Positions 48,462 through 58,800 of a stretch of 64,000 nucleotides of DNA are shown here, piece after piece. The translations under genes and the position numbers were made by a program. This DNA is from Dehalococcoidia bacterium (GTDB lineage: Bacteria > Chloroflexota > Dehalococcoidia > Bin125). A model generated the notes under the pieces. That model was given only the letters and a program-made list of their open reading frames with translations, did not search any database and had not been told where the DNA came from. The first letter of the stretch is position 1; each line of letters opens with the position of its first letter. The stretch spans positions 288,001-352,000 of the forward strand of contig CAXXNO010000004.1 in NCBI GenBank assembly GCA_963663235.2, written 5' to 3'.

Positions 48462-51066
48462 ATGGAGAAGCATTACGAAATTGAGCTGGCCGGGCGGCCA
48501 CTGATCATCGAATCGGGCCGCCTTGCCCAGCAAGCAGGCGGGGCGGTGACGGTCCGCTACGGCGACACGATGGTGCTGGGGACCGCGACGGCCAGCAACC
48601 CGCGCCCCGGCATCGATTTTTTCCCGCTGACGGTGGAATTCGAGGAGCGGCTGTACGCCGCCGGCCGCATTCCGGGGTCGTTCTTTCGCCGGGAGGGCCG
48701 GCCGACCACGACGGGCGTGCTATCGGCTCGGCTGACGGACCGGCCGCTGCGTCCGCTCTTTCCCAAGGGCTACGCCGACGACACCCAGGTCATTCTCACG
48801 GTGCTGTCGGCCGATATGGAGACCCCGCCGGACACGCTGGGGACGATCGCCGCGAGCGCGGCCCTGACGATCTCCGACATCCCCTTCGAGGGGCCGGTGG
48901 GAGCGGTACGCATCGGCTACGTCAACGACGCGCTCGTGGTGCAACCGACCTTCGCGCAACTGGCGGAAAGTCAGCTCAACCTTGTGGTCTCGGGGACGAA
49001 AGACGCGATCATGATGGTGGAGGCCGACGCCGACGAGGTATCCGAGGAGATCCTCGTGGAGGCCTTGGCTCTCGGCCAAGAAGCGATCGCGTCGATTGTG
49101 GTGATGCAAGAGCAGTTGCACACCGATCTGGGGAAGCCCAAGCGGCCGTACACGCCCGAAAGCATCGACGCGGGGGCGCTGGCGCGAGTCGAAGGGGCGA
49201 TCGGCGACGATCTCGCCGCGGCGCTCTCGATGACCGGCGTCACCAAGGCGGAGCGCGAAGCGCGCCTGAGCGAGCTGCGGGCACGCGCGCTGGATCTGGC
49301 CGGCGACGACGGCGATGCGGGGCCGTTCGGGGCGGCGTTCTCCGATCTGGAGGGCCGGATCATCCGCGCCAACATCCTGGAGCGCGGCGTGCGGCCGGAC
49401 CAGCGCAGCCTCACCGAGATCCGACCGTTGAGCGGCGCGGTGGGCATGGTGCCGCGCACGCACGGCTCCGGGCTCTTCGAACGCGGCGAGACGCAGGTGC
49501 TCTCGCTGACGACGCTGGCGGGGACGGGGATGGCGCAGCGGCTGGACGATCTCACGCCCGCCGATTCAAAGCGCTTCATGCACCACTACAATTTTTCGCC
49601 GTTCTCGACCGGCGAAACGGGACGCGTCGGTTCGCCGAGCCGGCGCTCCATCGGGCACGGCATGCTAGGCGAGCGCGCCATGCAGACCGTGCTGCCCAGC
49701 TTCGATGAGTTTCCCTACACGATCCGTATCGTCTCGGAGGTGTTGTCTTCCAACGGCAGCACTTCCATGGCCAGCATCTGCGCCTCCATCCTCTCGATGA
49801 TGGACGCGGGCGTGCCGTTGCAGGCGCCGATGGCCGGGATCGCGATGGGCCTGATCAAGGGCGAGGGCGAGGACGAGTACGCCGTGCTCACCGACATCGC
49901 CGGCCTGGAGGATCACCTCGGCGACATGGACTTCAAAGTCGCGGGAACGCGCGAAGGCGTCAGCGCGCTGCAAATGGATATCAAGGTCAAGGGGATCACC
50001 ACGGCGGTCATGGGGCAGGCGTTGAGCCAGGCGCGCGACGCGCGGCTGCAAGTGCTGGACGCCATGAAGGAGATCATTGCGGAGCCGCGCACCGAGATGT
50101 CGCGCTACGCCCCGCGGATGCTGCGGGTGGAAGTGCCGCAGGAGAAGATCGGCGCCATCATCGGCCCGGGCGGCAAGACGATTCGCAGCCTGGAGGAGAA
50201 GACCGGCGCCTCGATCGACATCGAATCGGACGGCTCCGTCTTCGTCTCGGCGCCGGACGAGGCCGCAATGCGTGCGGCGGCCGACGCAATCCGCGCCATG
50301 ACCAAAGAGGTGGAGCCGGGCGAGATCTACACCGGCAAGGTCACCCGCCTGATGAACTTTGGCGCGTTTGTGGAGATCCTGCCGGGCAAAGACGCGCTGG
50401 TGCACATCTCCGAACTCGCCGATTACCGGGTGGCGTCCGTTGAAGACATCGTCAAGGTGGGCGACGAGATCATGGTGCAGGTCACCGAGATCGATAATCT
50501 GGGCCGGATCAATGCGTCGCGGCGGGCGGTTCTCGGCGCCAAAAGCGAGCGCCCGCGTGAGAGCGATCGCGAAGGCGCTGGTCCGAGCCGTCCCCCGCGG
50601 AGCGGCGGCGGGCCGAGCGGGCCGCGCGAAGGCGGGGCCGAGCGGGCCGCGCGACAGTGGTGGGCCGAGCGGGCCGCGCGACAGTGGTGGGCCAAGCGGG
50701 CCGCGCGACGGCGGTGGACCGAGCGGGGCGCGCGACGGCGATGGACCGAGCGGGGCGCGCGACGGCGATGGACCGAGCGGGGCGCGCGAGGGTGGCCGGG
50801 ACGGACCGAGCGGCCGCGAGGAACGCGAGCCGGAGGAGAGCTCCGGCGATGGCGGCGATGACGGTGACAAACGCCGCCGCCGGCGGCGGCGGCGCAAGCC
50901 CAGCGGCCCGCGTCCCGAACCGCAGCCCGATTCCACCGCCGCCCGGCGGCCGCTGGCCCAGACGATGGTGAGGCGCGCCGCGCCGCCCGGTGGGTCGGCA
51001 GCGTCCGATGAGCGCCCGGGGCCGCCGCCGCCGCCGCGGCCCGATTTCGGGGCGCCTCAGCGCTAA
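48462..51066 (+). CDS. pnp: Polyribonucleotide nucleotidyltransferase with long repetitive C-tail (apparent frameshift near 50634)
   Basis: [30 protein letters not shown] and DMDFKVAG motifs; KH and S1 domains. The tail reads GGPSGPRD repeats only after a frame change. Confidence 0.93.
50604..50820 (+). repeat. 27-bp coding tandem repeat (about 8 units, xGGPSGPRD)
   Basis: Unit AGTGGTGGGCCGAGCGGGCCGCGCGAC and variants. Unit 2 (50631-50655) is 25 bp; unit 8 is degenerate. Confidence 0.92.
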
Positions 51067-51077
51067 AGGGCCGGCCG

Positions 51078-51872
51078 ATGCCGTTACGCGTGGCCGTCAG
51101 CGGGACCGGTCAGATGGGGACCCTCATCCTGCGGACGCTTGCCGCCGCGCCGGACTTGGAGATCGCCGGCGTCCTGGAGAAGTTCTCCCAGGGAGACACG
51201 CACGCCCTGCCCGACGGAGCCGGAACGGTGCCGCTGCGTCAGACGCCGGAGGGCGTTGGCGACTTCGGCGCGGACGTCGTGGTCGATTTCAGCAACGCCG
51301 CTTGGACGGAACAACTGCTGCCGCGAGCGATTGAGGCGGGCGTGCGGCCGGTGATCGGCACGTCGGGGCTGTCAGACGCGCTCATTGGGCAGGCGGAGAG
51401 CGCCTGCGCGGAGGCGAAGCTGGGCGGGGTGATCGCCGCCAACTTTGCGCTGGGAGCGGTGTTCTTGATCCACCTGGCGCGCATGGCCGCGCCCTTCTTC
51501 GACGCCGTGGAGGTGATCGAGCAACATCACGCGGGCAAAGTCGATGCGCCGTCGGGGACGGCCATCGCCACGGCGCGTGCGATGCGCGCCGCGCGCGACG
51601 GCGACTTCAGCCACAACGTGGCGGAGCGGAAGAGCCTGCCAGACGCGCGCGGCGCGGAGTTGGGTGGCGTCGGCATCCACTCGGTGCGGCTGCCCGGGCT
51701 GGTGGCGCATCAGGAAGTGATCTTCGGCGGCACGGGGGAAACGCTCAAGCTTCGCCACGACACGATGAGCCGCGAGTCCTTCATGCCTGGGGTGCTCCGC
51801 GCGGTCCGCGCGACGCCGGAACTCGACCATCTCGTCATTGGGCTGGAGCGCTTGCTGGGCCTGGGCGACTGA
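51078..51872 (+). CDS. dapB: 4-hydroxy-tetrahydrodipicolinate reductase
   Basis: GQMG, VIGTSG, EQHHAGKVDAPSGTA and HQEVIFG motifs. Confidence 0.96.
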   Translation: MPLRVAVSGTGQMGTLILRTLAAAPDLEIAGVLEKFSQGDTHALPDGAGTVPLRQTPEGVGDFGADVVVDFSNAAWTEQLLPRAIEAGVRPVIGTSGLSDALIGQAESACAEAKLGGVIAANFALGAVFLIHLARMAAPFFDAVEVIEQHHAGKVDAPSGTAIATARAMRAARDGDFSHNVAERKSLPDARGAELGGVGIHSVRLPGLVAHQEVIFGGTGETLKLRHDTMSRESFMPGVLRAVRATPELDHLVIGLERLLGLGD

Positions 51873-51955
51873 TCGACCACCGCGGCGCTTGTCGCGCCGC
51901 CATCCGCTGCCGCTACTATGGTGTTTCACGCGGAGGGTGAACGCGGAGAGTCAAC

Positions 51956-52972
51956 ATGAGCCGCGAATTGACCGTCGCGCTGGTGGGCGCAACCGGCATC
52001 GTGGGCGCCGAATTGCTGCGGATCATGGAGGAGCGGCGGCTACCGGTGCGCGAGTTGCGCCTGCTGGCGACCAAGCGTTCGGCGGGGCGCACCCTGCCGT
52101 TCCAAGGCAAAGCGCTCCGCGTGGCGGAAACGACGGCGGCCGCGTTCGACGGGGCCGATGTCGCCTTTGTCTCCGCGTCGACCGAGGCGTCGCGGCAGTG
52201 GTGTCCCATCGCTCGCGATCGGGGCGCCGTGGCGTTCGACGACTCATCGGCCTTCCGCCTGGAGCCGGAGGTGCCGCTGGTGGTGCCGGAGATCAACGCG
52301 GAGGAACTCCGCAGCCATCAGGGGATCATCGCCACGCCCAACTGCTCCACGGTGCCGCTGGCGCTGACCCTGGCGCCGTTGCTGCAAGAACGACGGGTGC
52401 TGCGCGTGATCGCGGCCACCTACCAGTCCGTGTCCGGAACCGGCCACGCGGCGATGACCGAGCTGCGCGAGCAAGCGGCGGCCACGCTCGCGGACGAGGC
52501 GATCACGCCCGTGATCTACCCCAAGCCGATCGCCTTCAACGCCATTCCCCAAGTGGACGTCTTCCTGGAGGACGGCTACACGAAAGAGGAGTGGAAGATG
52601 GCGGCGGAGAGCCGCAAGATCCTCCGACAACCAGACCTGGCCGTGAGCGCGACCTGCGTGCGCATCCCCACGCTGGTGTCGCACGCGGTCGCCGTGCACG
52701 TGGATCTGGATGCGCCGCTGAGCGCGGCGGACGCGCGCGCGCTGTGGCGTGATCAGCCCGGCCTGGCCGTGATGGATGACCCGCTCCACGCGGGCTACCC
52801 GACCCCGCGCGAGTGCGCCGGGCAGGACCCTGTGTTCGTCGGGCGGGTGCGCCAGGATCTCTCCCATCGCAACGGGCTGGTCTACTGGGTGGTGAGCGAC
52901 AACCTGCGCAAGGGCGCAGCGCTGAACATTGTGCAGATGGTGGAGTGGATGCTGGACGACGGCTGCCTGTAG
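51956..52972 (+). CDS. asd: Aspartate-semialdehyde dehydrogenase
   Basis: GATGIVG, PNCST, TYQSVSG, TCVRIP and DNLRKGAA motifs. Confidence 0.97.
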   Translation: MSRELTVALVGATGIVGAELLRIMEERRLPVRELRLLATKRSAGRTLPFQGKALRVAETTAAAFDGADVAFVSASTEASRQWCPIARDRGAVAFDDSSAFRLEPEVPLVVPEINAEELRSHQGIIATPNCSTVPLALTLAPLLQERRVLRVIAATYQSVSGTGHAAMTELREQAAATLADEAITPVIYPKPIAFNAIPQVDVFLEDGYTKEEWKMAAESRKILRQPDLAVSATCVRIPTLVSHAVAVHVDLDAPLSAADARALWRDQPGLAVMDDPLHAGYPTPRECAGQDPVFVGRVRQDLSHRNGLVYWVVSDNLRKGAALNIVQMVEWMLDDGCL

Positions 52973-52999
52973 CGGCGGCCCAGCGATCGGAGGGAGACG

Positions 53000-53899
53000 A
53001 TGGCGGACCTCGGACGTCTCCTGACAGCGATGGTCACCCCGATGCGGGCGGACGGATCAGTGGACGTGGAGCAGGCGAAGCGGCTCGCGATCGCCCTCCT
53101 GGACAGTGGCAGCGACGGCGTGGTGGTGTGCGGCACCACGGGCGAGTCCCCCACTCTGGAGTTCGAAGAGGAGCGCACGCTGTTTCGTGAGCTGCTGCCC
53201 GTCGTCCGCGAGCGGGGCGGCGCGCTGGTGGCCGGGACGGGGTCGAATGCGACGCACACCGCGATCGACTCGTCGCAAAAGGCGGAAGCCCTGGGGGTGG
53301 ACGCGCTGCTGCAGGTGGTCCCGTACTACAACAAGCCGTCGCAGGAGGGGTTGTACCAGCACTTCCGCGCGGTCGCGGAATCCGTGCGGGTGCCGTGCAT
53401 CCTGTACAACGTGCCCAGCCGCGCCGCGGTCAACATGACGGCGGCCACGACTTTGCGGCTGGCGGAGATCCCCAACGTCGTCGGCGTGAAGGAGGCCGGC
53501 GGGGACCTGGACCAGATTGCGCGGATCATCGAAGGCGCGCCGGACGGGTTCCGGGTCTGGAGCGGCAACGACGGCGACACGCTTCCAATCCTGGCGCTGG
53601 GCGGTTACGGCGTGGTGAGCGTGGTCTCACACCTGGCAGGGCGCCAGGTACGAGCGATGATCGAGGCCGCGCTGCACGGCGATCGCCAAGAGGCGGCGCG
53701 GATCCACCGTCGGTTGGTTCCGCTGACCGAGGCGATGTTCCTGGTGGGGAATCCGGTGCCGGTGAAGTACGCGCTGAACCACGTCGGCTTCGACGTTGGA
53801 CCGACGCGGCCGCCGCTGGTGGAGCCGGACGAGGAGACGGCAGCGCGGATCCGGGCGGAAGTGGCCCGTGCCACAATCGATCTGCCGATCTCCGTCTAG
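53000..53899 (+). CDS. dapA: 4-hydroxy-tetrahydrodipicolinate synthase
   Basis: GTTGES, PYYNKP, LYNVPSR and GVKEA motifs. Confidence 0.97.
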   Translation: MADLGRLLTAMVTPMRADGSVDVEQAKRLAIALLDSGSDGVVVCGTTGESPTLEFEEERTLFRELLPVVRERGGALVAGTGSNATHTAIDSSQKAEALGVDALLQVVPYYNKPSQEGLYQHFRAVAESVRVPCILYNVPSRAAVNMTAATTLRLAEIPNVVGVKEAGGDLDQIARIIEGAPDGFRVWSGNDGDTLPILALGGYGVVSVVSHLAGRQVRAMIEAALHGDRQEAARIHRRLVPLTEAMFLVGNPVPVKYALNHVGFDVGPTRPPLVEPDEETAARIRAEVARATIDLPISV

Positions 53900-53923
53900 C
53901 CGGCGGCCGCCGGGAGTGGGCGT

Positions 53924-54163
53924 GTGACGGTCCTCCTGTACACGCACGAGCGCTGAAGCGCCTGCCGGGTGGTCAAGGAGTTCCTTGACGAGCGGGCGGT
54001 GGACTACGAACTGCGACGCGTCGCGGTCGATCCGGCGGCGCGCCGAGAGTTCCTGCAGAGCGGCTGGCGGCTGCCGCCGGTGGTGGTCGTGGACGGCGTG
54101 GCGGTGGAGGTGCCGGCCGAGGGGTTCGACATCGAGGCGTTGGAGGCGCTGCTGGGCCTGTAG
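53924..54163 (+). CDS. Glutaredoxin/NrdH-like candidate selenoprotein, UxxC
   Basis: GTG start with GGGAG RBS; VTVLLYTHER-U(TGA 53954-53956)-SACRVVKEFL...PPVVVVDG; strong SECIS-like hairpin follows. Confidence 0.87.
53972..53989 (+). promoter_or_regulatory. Bacterial SECIS-like hairpin
   Basis: GTCAAGG-AGTT-CCTTGAC starts 15 nt after the TGA, with G/GU in the apical loop; flanking CGCCTGC/GCGGGCG can form a lower stem. Confidence 0.75.
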
Positions 54164-54187
54164 GCGGCGTCCGGTGGGTGGGGGGCG

Positions 54188-54727
54188 TTAGTCGGGCAGG
54201 GTCTGGAGCCAGGCGTAGATGTTGGCGACGTCGGCGTCCGGGACCAGATCCGCGGAAAAGGCCGGCATGGCCTCCCCGGGGGTGCGGTACTGCTGGATCT
54301 CCGCGGCCAAGCCGATCTGCGTCTTGGCGATCTTGGGACCGATCCCGCCCTGCCCCGTGTCGCCGTGGCAGACGTTGCAGCCGTTTTCGAAGAAGAGGGC
54401 TTGCCCGCGGCCGGGATCCGCGGCGGCCAGCAGTGCGTCCGGGTCCGCGGGCGGCGCGGCCGGGCCGTCGGAGGGCGGCGGCGGAGGCTTTGGTAGCGGC
54501 GCCGCGTCCTCGCCGAGCAGCGCCAGGGCGGGGTCGCTCTCATCCGGCACAAAGAGCCCGGCTTCAAACAGATCGATGGCGGCCTCGTTGGCGGCGTCGA
54601 TGGCGAAGGCGGGCGTGTCGGTGGTCGCATCGTCGATGGCGAAGCCGATAATCGCGCCGATGCCCGCGATCAGCATCGCGGACAAGACGAGCAACCAGAA
54701 CGAAACGGGAACCCCACGCGATTGCAT
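54188..54727 (-). CDS. Membrane-anchored monoheme cytochrome c
   Basis: TM helix, Pro-rich linker, CNVCH heme motif and MPAF axial Met. Confidence 0.92.
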   Translation of the reverse strand: MQSRGVPVSFWLLVLSAMLIAGIGAIIGFAIDDATTDTPAFAIDAANEAAIDLFEAGLFVPDESDPALALLGEDAAPLPKPPPPPSDGPAAPPADPDALLAAADPGRGQALFFENGCNVCHGDTGQGGIGPKIAKTQIGLAAEIQQYRTPGEAMPAFSADLVPDADVANIYAWLQTLPD

Positions 54728-54808
54728 GACACCTCAGTCGGCCGCTAGCCGCCGTATGTTAGCGAATGCCGCCGTTAGCCGAAACCGGCGGAGGGACGGG
54801 CCGGGCGA

Positions 54809-55354
54809 TCAGGCGCCGCGCAGGGCGAAGGCGCCCTCCAGGAAGCCGGCGGCGATGATGATGAAGATTGAGGCGATCAGCCCGCCGACCGCCAGCAGGA
54901 CGGACCAGCGCCGCAACGCGCGCGCGCGATCGGAAGCGCGCGCCTCTGAGCGTTCCGCCGCCGCCCGCTGCAAGCGCACCAGGGTGGGGCCGATGAGGAA
55001 GGAGTGCAGCGCCACCATTAGGACGGCGAGCGCCACCAGCGCCATCTTGGCCCCGAAGATGTAGCCCCAGCGGACGTCGTAGATGGTGTCGCCGCCAACG
55101 GCTCGGGCGATGTCGCGGACTTCGTCGATGCGGCCGGCCACCAGGATGCCGCCGGTGATGAGGAGCCCGAGCATGGCCGGCCAGGCGACCAGGTTGAAGC
55201 GGCGGGTGAAGCGGTCGAGCACGTCGATACGGGTGCGGTCGTCGCTGATGCCGTGCAGGGCGGGGATCACAGCGGCCGCCACCAGCACCTGCGGGCCTAC
55301 CCAGATGGTGGCGAAGAGGATGTGGAAGCCGGTGAGGATGGCGTCACCGGTCAT
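54809..55354 (-). CDS. CopD/DUF4149-like 4-TM membrane protein
   Basis: HILFATIWVG, LLITG, KMALV and HSFLIGP motifs. Confidence 0.7.
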   Translation of the reverse strand: MTGDAILTGFHILFATIWVGPQVLVAAAVIPALHGISDDRTRIDVLDRFTRRFNLVAWPAMLGLLITGGILVAGRIDEVRDIARAVGGDTIYDVRWGYIFGAKMALVALAVLMVALHSFLIGPTLVRLQRAAAERSEARASDRARALRRWSVLLAVGGLIASIFIIIAAGFLEGAFALRGA

Positions 55355-55356
55355 GG

Positions 55357-56643
55357 TCAGAGAATCGGGCTGACGATGATCGCCTCGTTGCGCTCGCGGC
55401 CCACGCTCACGATGTCGGCCGGGACGCCGAGCAAGTCCTCGATCCGGCGCACGTAGCTGCGGGCGGCGGCGGGCAGATCCTCGAAGCGCCGGCAGTCGCT
55501 GGTGGGGCACTCCCAGCCCGGCATCTCCTCCAGGACCGGGCGGGCGGCGGCGAGGGCGGCGCGGCTGCTGGGGAAGCGGTCCACGCGTTGCCCCTCAATC
55601 TCATAGGCGACGCAGAGTTTGAGCGTTGCGAACGTGTCGAGCACGTCGACTCGGGTCAGGGCGATGCTGGAGCAGCCGTTGAGGACGATGGTGTAGCGGC
55701 CGGCCACGGCGTCGAACCAACCGCAGCGGCGGGGCCGGCCGGTGGTGGTGCCGTACTCGTGGCCGCACTCACGGAGACGGTCGCCCTCGGCGCCGGTGAG
55801 CTCGCTGGGCATGGGGCCGTTGCCCACCCGGGTCTGATAGGCCTTGTAAATGCCGACGACGCGTTCGACCGCCAGGGGGCTGATGCCCACACCCAGCGCG
55901 GCGCCGGCGGCCATGGAGCTGGGCACGGACGAGGTGACGTAGTCGTAGGTGCCGCTGTCCAGATCGAGGAGGCTGCCTTGGGCGCCCTCCAGCACCAGCC
56001 GTTCGCCCCGGTGGAGGGCGTCCTGGCAGATGGCGCTGGTATCGGCGACGTAAGGCTCCAGCCGGCTCCAAGATTCACGGTAGGAGTTGAAGATGTCGTC
56101 GAAGTCCAGGGGCTCGCGCTCGTAGAGCTTGGTGAAGACGCGGTTCTTGTAGGTCAGGACAAAGCGCAGCCGTTCGGCGAAGCCGTCGGGGTCGGCGAGA
56201 TCGGAGATGCGGAGGCCGAGGCGCGCGACCTTGTCGACGAAAGCGGGGCCCACGCCTTTGCCGGTGGTGCCGACGGCGAGCTTGCCGCGGAGTTTCTCTT
56301 CGGCGGCGTCGGTGATGGGGTGCCAGGGCATGACGAGCTGGGCGCGATCGGAGACGTGCAGCCGCTGGGTGCTCACGCCCCGTTCCTCGAGCGCCGTGAT
56401 CTCGGCGATCAGCTCGGCGGGGTCAACGACCACGCCGTTGCCGATGATGCAGGTCTTCTCCGAGAAGATGCCGGCGGGCACGAGGTGCAGGGCGAACTCG
56501 CCCAGCTCATTCACGACCGTATGGCCGGCGTTGTGACCGGCCGAGTAGCGCGCCACGATGTGCGCCTTGCGCGCCACCAGGTCGACGATGCGGCCTTTTC
56601 CTTCGTCGCCCCACTGGCCGCCGATGACCACGACCGCCGGCAT
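55357..56643 (-). CDS. purA: Adenylosuccinate synthetase
   Basis: QWGDEGKG, NAGHT, EGAQG and EYGTTTGRPRRCGWFD motifs. Confidence 0.98.
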   Translation of the reverse strand: MPAVVVIGGQWGDEGKGRIVDLVARKAHIVARYSAGHNAGHTVVNELGEFALHLVPAGIFSEKTCIIGNGVVVDPAELIAEITALEERGVSTQRLHVSDRAQLVMPWHPITDAAEEKLRGKLAVGTTGKGVGPAFVDKVARLGLRISDLADPDGFAERLRFVLTYKNRVFTKLYEREPLDFDDIFNSYRESWSRLEPYVADTSAICQDALHRGERLVLEGAQGSLLDLDSGTYDYVTSSVPSSMAAGAALGVGISPLAVERVVGIYKAYQTRVGNGPMPSELTGAEGDRLRECGHEYGTTTGRPRRCGWFDAVAGRYTIVLNGCSSIALTRVDVLDTFATLKLCVAYEIEGQRVDRFPSSRAALAAARPVLEEMPGWECPTSDCRRFEDLPAAARSYVRRIEDLLGVPADIVSVGRERNEAIIVSPIL

Positions 56644-56784
56644 GCGTAGCGCTGCTTTCCTGATGCGCGATTGGCCCCGCCCCGCGCGAAACCCGAGGAA
56701 TCGTAGCATGCCGATCGCCGCGACAGCGCCGCGCGATAGACTGTGGCGAACTCACGCAGCGGTCGATGGGGGCGAGAGACGCGC

Positions 56785-58800
56785 GTGGAATCCGAGATCG
56801 ATTTCGCGCCGCTGTTGCTGGTTTTTGGGGCTGGCGTTCTTCATTCCGCTGCTGACGCACCGGCTGAGCGGCGGCGCGATCCCGTCGGTGGTGGGTGAGC
56901 TCGCCGCCGGCATCATTTTCGGCCGCACGCTGCTGGGCGTGATCGAGGCGAACGTCTGGCTCGAGTTCCTGTCGCTGTTCGGGTTCGCTTACCTGATGTT
57001 CCTGGCCGGGCTGGAAGTGGACGTGAGGCTGCTCGTCCGCCCGCTCGGCCGTCGGCGGCGCCACCCGCGGGCGGCGCTGCGCCATCCGTTGGTGGCGGGC
57101 GCTGGGCTGCTGGCGCTGATCCTGGTCGCGACCGCGCTGACGCTCTGGGGGCTGAACCGCTGGGGCCAGGTCAGCGACTTTGAGTTGCTGCTCTTTGTGC
57201 TCAGCGCCAGCGCGGTGGGGGTGATGGCGCCGGTGCTGAAGCACCGGCAGGAATCGGGCGCGTACGCGCAGGTGCTGCTGGTGACCGGGTTCCTGCTGGA
57301 GTTCGTGGCCATCGTGGCGATCGGGATCATCGCGGCGATCGACCGCGAAGGCCTGGGCGTCGAGGCGGCGCTGATCCTGGCGCTGCCGGCGATGTTCGTC
57401 GCGCTGCTCTGGCTGGCGACGCAAGGCCGCCGGCGCTTTCCGGAGATCCGCGCGCTGTTCGAGGAGCTGGCGCACGCATCCTCCCAGATCCAGATCCGGG
57501 GAGCGCTGGCGCTGATGGTGGTCTTTGTGGTGTTGTCGCAGGTGGTGGGCACCGAGCTGGTGCTGGGCGCCTTTTTCGCCGGGCTGGCGCTGGCGATCCT
57601 GACGCCGCGGCAGGGCTCGTCGATGCGCGTGAAGCTGGACGCCCTCGGGTACGGGTTCTTCATTCCCATTTTCTTCATCACCGCCGGCGCCGAGATGGAC
57701 CTGGAGGCGCTTGGGGCCGGCGGCTCCGGCATCGTGCTGATTCCGGCGTTGATCGCGGCTGGACTGGTGGTGAAGCTCCTGCCCGCGATCGTCATGCTGT
57801 GGGGTGGGTTCGGCCTGCGGCGCGCCGTGGCGGGCGGGCTGTTGCTGAGCGCAAACCTCAGCATCGTCCTGGCGGCGACGACCATCGCCGTCGATTCCGG
57901 ACGCCTCGGCGAGGCGGAGACCGCGGCGCTGCTGGTGCTGGCGCTGGTCAGCACGGCCGCGGCGCCACTGGCGTTCAACGCCGTGCTGCCGGTGCGGAAA
58001 GCGGAAAAGGTGAGCCGCGCGATCGTCGTGGGGGCGGGGCGCACGGGCCGGGAGCTGGCGCCGCGCCTGTACCGGGCGGGGCTGGCCGTGACGGTGATCG
58101 ACGTCGACGAGGAGGCGCTGAAGCCGCTGGCGCAGGTGGGCTGCGAGACGCTCGTCGGCGACGCCCGGGATCCCGACGTCATCGCCGCCGCGCGGCCCGA
58201 GCTCGCGCAGGTGGCGGTGGTCTCCACCGAGGACGCGACGCTGACCTACGAGGCGGCGGCCCGGTTGCGGGAACAGAGTACAGACCTGCGCATCGTGACC
58301 TGGGTCGGCAAGACCGATCCGCGGCTGGAGGCGCTGGGGGTCGAGGCCTACGGGCTGGGCGCGGCGACGGCCATGGCGCTGGAGGGGGCCGTCCTCCGCC
58401 CTGGGCTCTACCAGGCGCTGGGCACCGGCCTTTACGGCGGACTGGAGGAGGTGGTCCTCCGCAACACGACGCTGGCCGAGCGGCCGCTCAGCGCGCTGCA
58501 TCTGCCCGGCACAACGTGCGCGTCATCCTGATCATGCGCGACGGGAACCTGATCATCCCGGAGGGTGAGAGCGAGTTGCAGCTCCACGACTACGTCACGC
58601 TGGGCGGCGAGCCGAGCGCCGTGCGCGAGGCGTTCCGGCTGTTCAGCGGCCGGGCTCTGCTGCCCGAGCACGCGGCGCCCCGGGCTGCGCCGCCGCGGGG
58701 GCCGGCACCTATCGACCGCGAGCTCCCGGGGGCGACGCAGGCCACGGCGGCGGAGCGGCTGGAGCGAGAGGCCGGGGCCGGGGACGCCGACGAAGGCTAG
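56785..58800 (+). CDS. CPA2 monovalent cation:proton antiporter with TrkA-N/TrkA-C domains (two frameshifts)
   Basis: LMFLAGLEVD, LGAFFAG, GFFIPIFF and VGAGRTG motifs; frameshifts near 56822 (T run) and near 58510. Confidence 0.85.

Noticed and set aside
50604-50820. Possible CRISPR array
   Set aside because: The repeats abut with no unique spacers, are 27 bp (a multiple of 3) and lie inside pnp; no cas genes are present.
54740-54782. Short GCCG..TAGC direct repeats upstream of the cytochrome c gene
   Set aside because: Short, irregularly spaced and GC-rich; cannot be distinguished from chance.
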